In this document: piece after piece, positions 1 to 15,000 of the stretch
Layout: each line of letters starts with the position of its first letter
Position numbering within the stretch: the first letter of the stretch is position 1
Assembly: GCA_019429005.1 (NCBI GenBank)
Contig: JAHYJR010000003.1
Coordinates: forward strand, 32,001 to 96,000
Origin: Nanobdellati archaeon
GTDB lineage: Archaea > EX4484-52 > GLR71
DNA: 64,000 nucleotides
Direction: 5' to 3'
Position numbers and translations under genes: made by a program
Notes under the pieces: generated by a model
What the model saw: the letters and a program-made list of their open reading frames with translations, nothing else
The model's database searches: none
What the model was told of the DNA's origin: nothing

Positions 1-3000
1 CTGTATGTTGGATATGTGATATTCAATTTAATCTTTCCACGAACTTCAATAGTATTATTTTTCTGGACTGGTTGATATTGTGGTAAATTTGTTGCATTAT
101 AAGATATTATATAATCTGACGGTGATATGTCGTCTGGAACATCCATAATAACCGCACAATTACCCGTCTCATTTGACAAACAATTATCTATAAAGATATT
201 ATCAGTACCATTATAATATGAAAAACTTACAAACGAATTATTCAAAAATAAACCAAGCTCATCTATAACAACCACATAAAGTTCTGTAAAATTAGGATAA
301 AAAGAATCATTTCTATATATATGACTTTCAGATTTAAAGAGCGTTATAAACGTATAACCTCTTAAATCTAGCATTGCTTTATTAGATTCTACTTGATATG
401 CTGTATAATATTGTGTTGAATTATCTGTTATGTTACATGTCACATTATGTGGTGATGCTGAAGATTCACTTGCATTCCATAAAAATGTTGCATAACCAGA
501 ACTATTTGTAAAGTTAGTTCCAATTGTAGACGTATCTGTACCATTATTATCAATAAATGTCACAAAATAATTTTCTAATCCTGATGAATTACTCACATCA
601 TCTACATAACATATTAAATTAATTGTATCATTCCTAAAATAAATTTCACTAAGTGGAGATATGAAAGTTATATTCGACCAGCCCCATATTGAAACATCAA
701 CAGATGTCCAATTAGTGGTATAATATGTCCGCCCTGAAGTCACATGGATTGTAAAGTTACCAAGAGCATGACTTATATCAATATATTTTGTAGTATTATA
801 CTCTCCAGATACACCAACACTTGAATAATTCCACCACTCTACATATGTGCTACCATCCCATAATGTTACATTAACACCAACATCATCTATCTGGCGTCCA
901 CATTCAAATACCTGTACAGATACTGGAACAATTGTATCTTTCTGTAAAGGCATATCAATCATTGCATTTGGAGATATAATGTATGAATCAATATCACCTC
1001 GTACTTCTAAACTAGTATTACTTGTATTCAAAGAAATGTCCTGTAATGGATTATAAAATAATGATAATTCTTCACCAATCAAAACTGTTACATTTTGTAT
1101 TGTCGCATTATCAGCACAATCTGTAGACCATGTATAATGACAATAACCAGTTGCATTTGTCTTATTGACAAACACATCTCCCTCACTTGTCTGCCATGTA
1201 CAATTATAATCAGCAATTCCTGTGTCATTATAATAATCATAAACAAATGCAGTAAATAAAGCATCAGTACCACGAATAACAAGAGTAGGTGCAACAGTTA
1301 TATTTACAACAGAACGTCCAAATATAACAACAGATTTATTTTTTGATGCAGTATCTAGATATGTTGGCATCTCATCATAATACTCTTTTGTAGTATTAAC
1401 ATAGATATAATGATTACCTAATGAATGATTAGACACATCAAAAAGTTTCAGACTGGTATCATTTACAATAACTGAAATATTAGTATATTCCGATGTTGCA
1501 TTATTAAATATCCACCAATTCATATAAAGTGGACTTTCAGATGCTGAAAATTGTGTTCCATTCTCAAAAGACAAAATGGAACGGAAATAATGTGTTTCAT
1601 CCTTATATACCCTATTATTGTATTTCTCAGTACCTGAATAATCATCTAATGGATAAAATATATTATCAATATGATACATACCCCTAATCTGTACTGTAGT
1701 ATTTTCAATTAAAGAATTATTGAAAAAAGGATGACTTCCATTATAGAATATATAATAATCATCAGGAGTCATAGTATCAGATGCATTCCAAATAATATTA
1801 CATTTACCTGTAGCATCTGTTGTACAATTCGCAAAATAAATCATTGAAAGACTATCATTATCATCAGAATATTGGAAACTTATATTTGCACTCATTATAT
1901 TTGCATCATTCTCATCAAAAGCTCTTACAGTAATATTTGCAAAATACGGATTAAATGTGTCATTCCTATAAAATACAGAATTAATCAAAGACGTAATATT
2001 TATATAAAGGTCTCCAATAAGCGTTATATCTACTACAGATTCATTCATCTCAGTCTCATTATAAAAAAGAGTCGCATTATCTGTAATATTACATTTTAAT
2101 CTGTGGTCACCAACTATAGACATAGAAGTATTCCATATATATATCGCATTCCCGTAAGCATCAGTTAAATTAGAGTAAATTGTATCAATAGGCGCATAAG
2201 TTAGACCATTATCAATTGAATCCCAGAAATATACTGGATAATTTGTAATATTTTCAGAAGAATGATTATCCTTAACATTACAGCTTATATTCAATTCTGT
2301 CCTTTGATATGAATCAGATAAAGGTAAAACTAAATTAATTTTAGACCATCCATATATTAACACGTTTTGAGTGTCATTACCTGATACATAATAAGTCTTA
2401 TTTACTGTTGCATTGACATTGAACAAACCAATCTTATGATAACTTGGACTTGAAAGATCCCAATATGTAAGAGTCGTTCCTGCACCATCAATAATTTCAA
2501 CATTACTTGTAATATTTGTACTTGTCCAATTGACTGTAGTCCCTAAAATAATCTGACTGCATTCATCACGAACAGTCGAATTTAACGTAACATAATCATA
2601 TCTATATACAATTTCTTTTGGTACTCCTGATACTTCCGGCTTATCCATTGTAATATTTAATGTACCATTAAGTGCAACTGTAGTATTATCAGATTCATAA
2701 CCTCCTGCTTTAGGTGAATAATAAAGTGTTGAATTTGTATAGATTGTCACATTAAGATCATGCATACCTACAACATAACTGCAACCAGAATCCCATGTAT
2801 AATTACAAAGACCAAGATTATTTGTTGTTGAATTAAACTGATCACCTTCATCATTTCTCCAATTACAAACATAATCTGATACATTATCAGAAGCATCATA
2901 ATAATTATATACTCTTGCAATAAATGTTACATTATCAGTTCTTAATATTGAGGTATCGCTCTGACTAATTATTTCAACAACAGCTCTACCATAAACATCA

Positions 3001-6000
3001 ACAGATTTATTTATAGACGTAACTGGAACATCATATGTATTGATATCATCATAATATGATTTAATAACAGATACATTTAACCAATAAGAACCTATATTTT
3101 GTGCATTATCAATTGTTGCAGTATCTGTTATATTTGAAGTGTTCAAAATCAAGGTTACACCAGAACCTGTTTGATTTATAATTGTCCAATTCAGATATAG
3201 GCCGCTTGTCAGTTCATCTCCATTTTCACTTGTAATTGTACCATTAAACCAATAATTTTCTCCACGATACAATATATCTTCAGAAGATAGACTAACCTTA
3301 TATTTACCCCTAACTTCAACAGTCAAATTATGGTAGATTGAATTTTCATAAAATGTTTTGTATGCATAATATGTAATATTATACAAACCAGGAACATATG
3401 TATCTGACGGATTCCAAGCTGGTGTCATAACACAACCCCCTGTAGTGTTTGTTAAACATGTTCCAACAACATCGCCCGTATAATTAAGGAAAGTTACAGT
3501 AACAAGATTAACAGGATTATTATTATCATCAAGAACATTAGCTACAAAAGTTGTGTTATAATTAACAAAAGAATCATTACGATAAATCCATAATAATTCA
3601 GGATATGCTGAAACACTCAAAAATCCACTCATATTAATAGACTTAGATGAGACATTCCAAACATCTGTAGCATGGTAATATAATGTGTCATTATCTAAAA
3701 TTTTACACCTTAATGTATATTCACCAGGATTAATTTCAGTCGTATTCCAACTATACATTGCAATACCATTTACGGTATAATTTGTTCCAAGCACATTTTC
3801 AACAGTCCCATTATCTTCTGTAAATTGGACAGGATAAAGATTAGAAACAACATCTGTAGTATTCTGATCTGTAACATTACATTTTATTAAAAGAGTTTCA
3901 TTTCTATTATGTACATCATAAGCAGGTTCAACAAGAGTTACATTTGACCATCCATAAACAAATACATTCCTAGCTTCTATATCAAAAACATAATATGTCT
4001 TTTCTGCTAGAGCTTCAATCATTATAGGACCCAATTGATAATCATTCAATATTTCCCATAATGTACCACTTCCACTCTGATCTGAAGTGACAGATGGCGT
4101 CCAAACCCATGTCAAAGTCACATCATCTGTAATATTACCATCACTTTCATTTACAGTATAAGATTGTAATGATTCATTACTACCCCTATGGAATATTTGA
4201 GTCTCATACACATTTGTTATATTTGTCTCTAAATTACCCCAAATACCCAATATATAAGTTTCAGTTAAAGAATCCGACCATGATGTCTTTGTAGCATTAA
4301 TATATACAGTATAATTATTTGGTAAAATATCTTCAGTCGCATTATACTTGATATAACAGTCACCAGACAAATCTGTAATACAATCACAAACTTTATTTGT
4401 TGAATTGATTTCATTTACATTACCATCTATGTCAGTACAATTTCCAGATGGAAGATATATATGAACTACAGCATTTAAAACTGGCACACCTGAATCAGAA
4501 GTAACAACCTTTGAACTAATTTGTACTTCATGTGGACTATAACTATCATTTCTTACAATAGGATCCTGATCAAATATGATATTTGTAACATTAAGACCTG
4601 TTACCGCCATTGTAGTTGAATTTTGCTCATAAAGATATGATGCATTATAATATAATAAAACTGAATCTGTGATATTACATTTGACTTCATGCTCACCACC
4701 ACCTACACTTGTAGTATCCCATTGCCACATAGCATACTCAGATAAATTCGCTTTTTCTACAGATTGTAATACATCATCAAGATAAAAAGAGACATCATAA
4801 AGTGGATCAATATTAACTTGAGAATTTATTGCAGTATCGTTGAACTGTATCAAACAAGAAACATTAACAATAGAACCTGGAACAAATTCACTTGCAGGAT
4901 TAAAACTTATATTTTTTATTTCAGTATAACGGTATATGTCAATATATGTTATATTCTGTACTTGATTTGGATAAAATGCATTTACAGGATCTGACACTTT
5001 TATAGTTACAGGCAGTGTTTGATAATCATACCAGAATACAGAATATACAGTATCTTCAACAGTTTTAATATCAGCTGAAATATACCATTTTATACTATGA
5101 CTATTTGAAGGGAAACCGCAACTATCTTTAACTGTAGAAAATAAATTTATATCATCATCTTTATGATATATTGAATTATTTAGAGGCGAATCAATAATTA
5201 TTGTAAGATTATCAATTAAGCTTATATTCTCAACATCATTATCATCAAAAATATCCCAGAATTCACTACCTGTTGCTGTAAGTGATAAATTAGTCTCATA
5301 ATTTCCAAGAATATGCGTACAATCTGAATTCCATGTCATATTACACGTACCATTTATATCTGTAAGACTTGATGTTATAGTTGAATTTATAATCCAACTA
5401 CAATTAAATCCAGATAATGGATAACCTGTTACAGAAACACCGCCAGCATCAACTAAACCACCTTCAATCAATGAAGGAAGACCTCTATAATAAATATTGC
5501 CTTCAGAAGTCATATTTATTATAAGAAGACCTTTAATTTTTAATGGAATATAATCTGTGCTTGAATCATTAAAGTATTGTCTTGTCGCATTAAAATAAAT
5601 TGAATAATTCGCAGGATAAATATCGTCTGCAGGATTCCAGCTAATATTACATAATCCATCAACACTCATACAATTTCCAAGATAATATAAGGTCGAATTT
5701 TCAGTTGAATTATAATAAAAAGATACATTTGCACCAGAAACAAGATTATCGCTAAACACATCAGTAACATTTGCTTCAAAAATAGTCTCATTAGGTACAC
5801 CACTATTATATCTGTATACCACAGATTCAGATGATGTCACATTAACATTAAGAAGACCTGTAAGAGTTATGTTATAAGATGTTTCTGGTATTGACACATT
5901 ATAATATACTGTTGCGTTATCTGTAATATTGCATGTAATTATATAAGTGCCAACATTATGACTTGTTGTATCCCATGTAAATGTGCTATTTCCTGAACTA

Positions 6001-9000
6001 TCTGTAAGTGTTGAACCTAAATAAACTGTTGTTCCGCTACTGTTTGTCTCCCAGAACATAACCGGATAATCTTGAATATTCTCACTTGAATTAAGATCGC
6101 TGACATGACAGATTACATCAATATTAGATCTTGTCTTTGTCGAATTATATGGTGCTGTCTGATTAATTCCAGACCAACCATATATCCAAATATTTTTAAC
6201 AGATGAATTTGTTGCATAAAATGTCTTGTTTCCTGTCGCATTAACACTATTTGCACCAAGCACAAAAAGATTGTCAAGAGCCCAGGATGCATTAATACTT
6301 GTATTAATCATAGCATTTGTTATATTAAACCAATTCAAAGTCACATCAGAATCATCAAATATAACACCATTTTCATCTGTAACTGTAGAATTTAATGATA
6401 CTGTTTCAGTCCTATGATAAATATCCCAAGGATTTACAGGTGAATCAATTGTTATATAGATTCTTCCAATCACTGTAAAATTATAAGGATCTGTTTTTGT
6501 ATAAACACCAATTGTATCTTTTGCTTCAATTTTATAATACCATACACCTGGAAGTTCTGTAACATTGATGCTTACATTCCAAGTATAATTACCAGCTCCA
6601 TCTGTTGTTGTATATGGATACTCGTGTAAATAAACATTACCTAAATCATCAGCTTCTTTAACAAATAATTTAGGCCAACCAGCTTCAATACTACCTCCAA
6701 GACCAATACCATCATCATATACTGTAGCATAAATGGTTTGATTACTTCCTCTAAATATTGGATCCAATTCAACAGAAACATTCTCAATAACAGGCGGTTC
6801 TTGATCTTCACAAGCTGTCATACAACGATAACGTCCAACATAAGAATCAAAGAAAATCGGACATGACCAAAACTCTTGAGCATCTGTAATACCTGTAGAT
6901 AATAAAGTATCATTAACTTCAACTGTAATATCATACCGTCCACTATTTCGTGGTAATGAACTAATATTTATTTCACCAGAACATACAGCTTTACCTGCAA
7001 CTGGTACTGAAAGTGCGATTGTACTTGTAAGTTGCGATACGCCCGTTGAGATATTATTAAATTTAACTAAACACCCTGTAGGACTTGCTGAGAATGTACT
7101 TACAGATGATGTGAAATTGACATTAATTGTGATATTCTCATCATCATCATACCTTACTCTTCCAGGATATTCTAAATCGGTTATATTATAGAATCCTTGA
7201 AGAATAGGTGGGATTAAAACATCAAATACCATAGAAGTCTCATTTATATTATATGCACCATCAACAGACCGAACACTAAGATTATATGACCCTACACTAA
7301 GTCCAGTAAATGTAAATTCACAATCACGCACATCAACAGTACTATAAGTATACCATCCAGTCGTATTCAATTTAAATTCACAATGATGTATACCTGAATT
7401 ATATAAAACATTATCTGAGGTATTCACTTTAACTGTAACATCTGGCCCATATAAAGCCCCAGATTCGGCCATTCTTGATACAAATGAAATATTATTTATT
7501 ATTGGTTTGTTATTTTCAAGAACATAAACTGAAATAAACATTTCTTCAGCCCCATCAATATTTCCAGCAATCTTAAATGTATAAAAACTATTATCAACAA
7601 TAGCATCTGTAATTGGAAGCTCTATATTATATGTAAGATCAAGCGCTTGAGTTGATGGATAACTTGTAGATTCGGCAAAGAATATTCCTGTTGAAATTCC
7701 TTTTGTAAATTCAGATGCACTTGGACCTGTAAGCACAGATTTTACAGAATTAGCACCGTTAACATTAAAATCTGCAGGTAAAGGTGATGCAGCAATACCA
7801 ACCGAAAAACTTACACTACTAACCATTTCAGTCTTATTTGTAAATCTTATTGTCCAGTTTTCACCACGCCTTACAACATAATCATAATCAATATACACTT
7901 TAGATGCTGTTGACTCCCACTTGAATATGACATCATTTGTCTGACAATGGATTGTTAAATCACAATCATTTGTCGCATCAGAACAATCCGCATCAGTTCC
8001 TGGTGATTCTGGAGTATCATCATTATCAACATTATCAACACACATATTTGGTCCATATTCATCAGAAGGACAAGATGGTGTTCCAGCACAAGCATCATCA
8101 AGACAATCTATAAAACCATTATCATCATTATCAACACCATCATCACAAGATAACTCAATATTAAATTCACAGACTTTACCATCTGGACCAGCAAAGCCAT
8201 TACATTCAGATTCTTTACAATCTTTTAAATCAACATCAAAAGTCCTATCAAAATCATTATCAATACCATCTGAACATGCATCAACAGATACATTTTCAAA
8301 TTCCGGACAAACATTACAAAGACCAAATTGTTTATGGCAGTTTGGATCCTCACAATCCGTACCATTTTTACCAACTTCATAAATACTATCTGCATCTGGA
8401 TCATTACCATCATTATCGCCACCATCACGACAATATTCAGGATATTCATTAAATGCACATACAACACCCTGTGGACCCATAGAACCAATACAATCACTAT
8501 CAGCACAATCAAAATAATAATCAAGATCATTATCTGTTGTGTCATTACATACACTTTCAAACAAAGTATATGGATTATTAGAACAGATATAACTTCCATT
8601 TAAATATGTCGCACCAGCACAATCATAATCATCACAATCTGCCGCATCAAGACCACCATAATTTGCAGTATAATTAGGTTTATTACGTGTCAAATTAGCT
8701 AAATCAAAATCATTATCATAACCATCTGTACAATTCAATTCAGTACCAATCTCACAACGGAACACAGAACCTGTAACATTTACATAAGATAAATGACAAT
8801 CAGAATCATAATCATTTGCAATCCAATTACAATCTATACCGGCACCAACTGTTACATTTTTAATTGTACCATTTGTATTATAAGCATCTAAATCATTATC
8901 TATGAAATCATAACAAGTATTTGCCCCACTTGAAGCACAAGCGAAATCACAAGACTCAGTCACAGGACATGAACCTAAACCCCTACAATTATAATCATCA

Positions 9001-12000
9001 CAATCTGAACCATTCAAATTAGAATATCCTGCAAAATGAATATTTGCAACACCCCAATCCTGATCATTATCAAAACCATCTGTACAATTCATTTCCCAAA
9101 GAAGCTGACAATCACCAAATGGTATTGGACTATGACTATCATTTATTGCCGTCATATTACAATCAGCATCATAATTATTATATCGACAATCAATACCAGC
9201 ACCAATTGACATGTTTCTCACACCACTACTGTATGAACTTCCCGGTTGCATTTGGAAATAATCCATATCATTATCAATATTATCTGTACAGTTCTCACCA
9301 ATTTCTTGTGATGGCACGATTCCTAAAGTTCTACATTCAACTTGACAATCATATTCTGCATTTCCTGTACCTTGTAAAAAACCATAAACAGGATCTGTAA
9401 ATCTGTCAGCTGTTGCAACAAGATCACAATCTTTAAGCTGATACTGATCATTATTGAAACCATCTGTACAATTCAATTCTTGACGATATTCACACAGATG
9501 TAATGTGTCTGTATAATTACCTTGTCTCATATCACAGTTAATATCTTGACAATCTGCACCTGATACATTAAAATAATCATTATCAACAAGATCATAACAT
9601 GTAGTCTCTGCAGGCTGACATAAACCTTGTCCATAATCAGATGAATTTGAAAGACTTATATCAGAAAAACCACGATAATCTACACAATCTGCACCGCTGC
9701 ATCCGGGATCCCAACAATCAGGATCAGCACAATCAACTAAATAATCAAGATCATTATCTTCTTGATATTGATTTAATGCCGTACGATCACGACAACCATC
9801 TGTTATATTATGTTCATAAAGCATACCTGTTGCTGTAGTCCCAATCTCAATTGTAAGATTTATCTGATTTGTAAGATCTATTTGAAGGTCTCTAGAAACT
9901 GCAATCGTATGAATTCCGATAAGACCCGTTTCATTAGGTATTATTATATTCATAGTCATATCAAGATTACCGCAATAAGAAACATTATCTGTAGCTACTA
10001 AAAATGTAACTTCTGAAGTTCCTAATTCAATCACATAAGGGGTAAAACTAGATGATTCTGAAAGATTATTAATAAACACATTACTTCCACCAGGAAGAAC
10101 AAGACCAGACGGTAATGGTTGAGTTCCAACACCAAGCATAAATTGAACCGTCCTATTATCACTAGAACCACAATTTCCAACAGGTCCAACAAAACGAACT
10201 GTAAGATTACCACCCAAAGCAACATTTTCAGTATAATATACTTTAGTATCTTGTATACCATCAATTGTCGCTTGACATACACCACCAGAACATGTCGGTG
10301 TAAGTGATAATAATCCAAAGACCATATCCATAAAACCAAAACTTACAAATTGTCCACCATCTTTAGTACGATCACCATTAGAACCAGGCGGACAACTATA
10401 AACAATACCCGCACAATCAGCATCATCACAATCAAGACCATCTGTAGGATAATACAGACCATTCAGATAATCTTTTTCTAAAAGTGATGCATCATTACAT
10501 TCAAATTCAGTATAAGTTCCTGAATATTTCTTAAAAGCAAAATCGTAATCATTCTTAAGACATGATTCTTCCATAAAATATTTATATGGAATATCACCTG
10601 TACACTTAAAAGCGTTAGAAATCTCATCCCAAGTTGACCAATCATTATTCAGATGTAATGTTGCATTTCGCAGTCTTCCATCACTTGAATTTATAAATAT
10701 TGTATAACCTCCATCAGAACGCGTATTTGTTGCATCATCTGAAATAGTATAAGTCAAATAATAGATACCGCCACCAGCATCATAATATGACTCATTATGA
10801 CTTGGTCCATAATCAGAATCAATTAATGAAAAATTTGCAAAAAGATCAAGTCCTGGAACACCAGCATCAAGTGTTAGATTGATTGTTGTCCCATCCTCAT
10901 AAAACACCCTATTTTTTTCAACACCAACATCAATACTAAAGAAAACTGTAGAATTACCAACATTACTTTCAGAATCATTAACATAGACAGTAACTGTATG
11001 TTGACCAACATCATAAATTGCAGTCATATTTGTTACATTGCAATCAGGTATTGTGATATTTGCTGCACCATCAAGAGAATATCCACACCAATCAACATAC
11101 TCATTTACTGAAAAATTAAGAAGCACTAATGGTGTTGTATATGTAGCATTTATCGGTGAATGTATAGTTATTATAGGCGGATTATTATCTGTAAAATTAA
11201 TATATCTCTTACTTGGTGAAAAAGACACATTATAATTCAAAGTTTTATTCTCCAAAATAGTACAAGTAATATTATGGCTACCAAGATTTACAAAATAAGA
11301 GTTCCATGTATAATTAACATAACCAGAAGAATTTGTAAATAATGTTGCAATCAATGTATCAACAGTTCCATTATTATCACTGATATTGACCTGATAACCA
11401 GAAATACCAGTTGTAGTATTATCATCATAAACCATACAAGTTATATTTATTATATCTCTAGGTAATACATCATCAACATCTGGTGCAGGTGATATCTCTG
11501 TAACATTAACAGCAACCCAACCATATATTTCAACATAACGTTCAAGTACAATTGGTACAAAACCCGTCTTATTAACATAAATACTTATTGTCTCATTAAA
11601 AGGTACAGTTCCAACAGGTATACTCCAAGTTGAATTTATAATTGAACCAATTGTAACATTCAAACTATTTTTCCATGTAACATTTACTTCAGAATCTAAT
11701 AACGGAACACCTGCATCCGTCGTTACTGAAGAATTCAAATAATGTGAAAGACCTTTATAACGTATATCTCCATCACTTACAGGATTAATAATGTTTGCAA
11801 ATATAGAACCCTTAATATCAAGAGATGCAGTTACAGTTTGAGAACTAATCCAAAGTGGTCTTGATGCATTCACATAAAAATCATATAATTTAGGGAAAAT
11901 TGTATCATTAGCATTAAAATCAATAGAACAATAACCAACTGAATCAGTTGTACAATTACAATGATCAACAGTCTCATTTATATATTGCCCATTACCACAA

Positions 12001-15000
12001 GAACCGGTTGGACCATATATACTTACAATAGCACCTTCAACAAAAACAGAATAACCCTCTTCATCTGTAGTATTAACATATATATCTATATAGGTTTGAT
12101 ACGGTATGATATCAGTACGATAAATCCATGGAGAACCAATTTCTAATTTAGATATATTTAATTGGGTTGCAACAACACCAATTGTAGAATTTGATCCAGA
12201 TGAAACATTATAATAATATGGTGCTTGACGAGTATTATTAATTAAACAAGAAACATTATGCCAACCACCATAATATCCTGTAGTATCCCAAGACCATATT
12301 GCAAAAGATGTTAAATTTGAAATATTAGTATACTCATAAGTATTATCAACATAAAAATCAACATTATAACCACTAGGAACAATCACACTTTGATTCAAAT
12401 CTGTAACTTCACAATAAACACCGATGACATCATTTCTTGTAACTTCTGATGGATTAATTAACATTCCACCAACATTTGAAAAACGATATAACATCAACTG
12501 TGTCATATTAGTGAAAAGTCCAGGATAATAGGTACCATTAACATTTGCAGTTATATTGATAGGACCTCTTCCGGAAATATCTGCAACCCAACTATAATTC
12601 GCATATGAACTACCAAAATCAACTATTACGCCATTATTAGAAAAATTATCTGCATATATCCAAGATACTTGATAATCATTAGTTACATCAAATGAACATA
12701 CAGATTCAATTATAGTTGAATTTAACCAATAATTATAATTATAATAAATTTCAGAATTTTGATTTGGACTATCTATAAATACCGTCAGATTATCTATAAC
12801 AGTAATATTACCCATAACATTATCATCAAAAATATCCCAGTATTTATAATATGTCTGATTCATATATGAAATATTCACAAGATATGAACCTACACCAATA
12901 GAACATCCATCAGACCATGTATAATTACAAACACTATCTGTCCCCGTTAACGTTGTACCAGTTGAATCAAATGGAGATATTTCCCAAGAACAATTATAAT
13001 CTGAAAGACCATACGCTGATACTGATAAATTAGCCTCATCATAAAGCTCAGCAAAAACATTAATATCGCCATCACGATAATATCCCATATCTTCAGAAGT
13101 CAAATTAAGATGAAGAATACCTTTAACTTCAACACTACCATATTCAATCTGTAATATATAAAACAATTTTGTTGCATCATATTGTATTGAAATATTTCCA
13201 ACTGAAGTATATATTGAAGGATTCCACAAGAAACTACAAGTACCCGTATTATCAGTTGTACAATTTCCAAGATATTCTGAATCAGCTGTATTTGTAAAAA
13301 CAACCGTTGTCTCATTAAGTATTTGTGATCGATTATCTGTAGCATTGACATTAAAAGTTACATTATACGGATAACCTTTTGAGATTGCATACGCATCATC
13401 ACGATAAATCAGATTATTATCCATTGAAATATTAATCAAAATTATTGTTGTAACAATAATACCCTGTTCACTATCATCAGTTTCATTAATACAGCCAAAA
13501 TCTGCGGGATAATCTACATAACCATCATCATCATCATCAAAACCATTATTACATTCTGGAGACCATTCACGCGTATCATTTGCATCATCACAACCCCATG
13601 TATCATTTATGAAATCCGCAACACCGTTACCATCATCATCAAAACCATTATTACATTCAGGAGACCATTCCCAAATATCATCTGCGGATGAACAACCATA
13701 AAAATCCTCAGGCCAATCTATAAGACCATTACCATCATTATCAATACCATCATTACATTGAGCGATAGCTTCACTTTCATGAAATGGATCATAAGAAGAT
13801 ATATTTGATGCATTAAAATCAGTATGACATTCCGGATCATCAATATCAGAAAAGGTATCAAAATCATTATCCCATGTATCATTACATTGCGGTGTCCCTG
13901 AACCAAAAGTGCCACCTTCATCATTATCATATTGATCTGTACAATCGGGATCAGCTGGAAGACCACTATTATTATTATTGTCCTGCCAATCCATAGTTCC
14001 ATCATTATCATTATCAATACCATCATTACATTGCGGAGTCACACCACCAGGGCCTGAACCATCACCACCACCGCCACCAGTACCAGAAGTTGAATTACCT
14101 GCACCACCCCATACTAAAAGATAAACCTCTGGAAAATCAAAAATCTGACACTGAATTACATTTTCAGTTCCACCTACAGGAGACCATAACCATGTTGCAA
14201 TACCTGCTGAATTTGTAACACTTACTCCAAGCACAATCCCATTATTCAAAAAAGTTACATTGTATCCACTAATATGCTCATTATTAATATAATCAAAAAC
14301 ATTACAGCTCAAAGTATAAGTAACATCTTCATATACATATTGAGGTAGTGATGTCGCACTAACACTTGCCCAACTCCACACAGTTATATTATAATATGTT
14401 TTAGAACTATTATATAATGGTCCTGCAGCCTCAACAGACCATGTCACATTACCCCTAGTCTGATAAGATGAACAATAACTACCAACACAACCCGTATTTC
14501 TATATTTTACATCAGATGAAAACATAGAATAATTACAATAACCATTAGAATCTGAAAGCACCTCTCGTGCAGGACCTTCAATTGATAAATTATTATCAGA
14601 ACTCATATTAGTTAAAAGTACTCTATAACGACAAGTCGCATTTTCAGGATATGTCTCTGTATAATTATCATAGATTCTAACAGATAACATAGAAGATATA
14701 TCATTTCTAAATATTTCGGAAGGTGCATCTAAATATGTAATCTCAGAATCATGAGATAATATTCTTGGATACCATTCATTTGACGGATTAGTAATTGTAT
14801 CATTTATCAAAACAAGATCATCATCAGTAAGATGCAAACCATCTGAACCAAACCAATCATGGAACCCATTACCGCCATCCGAATCATTTGTACCAGTAAC
14901 ATTATAATCAATATATGTCAGATTAAATGATATTGATTTTTCTTCACATAAATTATAATTATGCTTAGAATCACATGATGTACCAATCCAACTCTTATTT

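Noticed and set aside
13530-13670. Near-identical repeat pair as a DGR template/variable region
   Set aside because: The copies are adjacent in-frame domain repeats, and no reverse transcriptase is present in the window.
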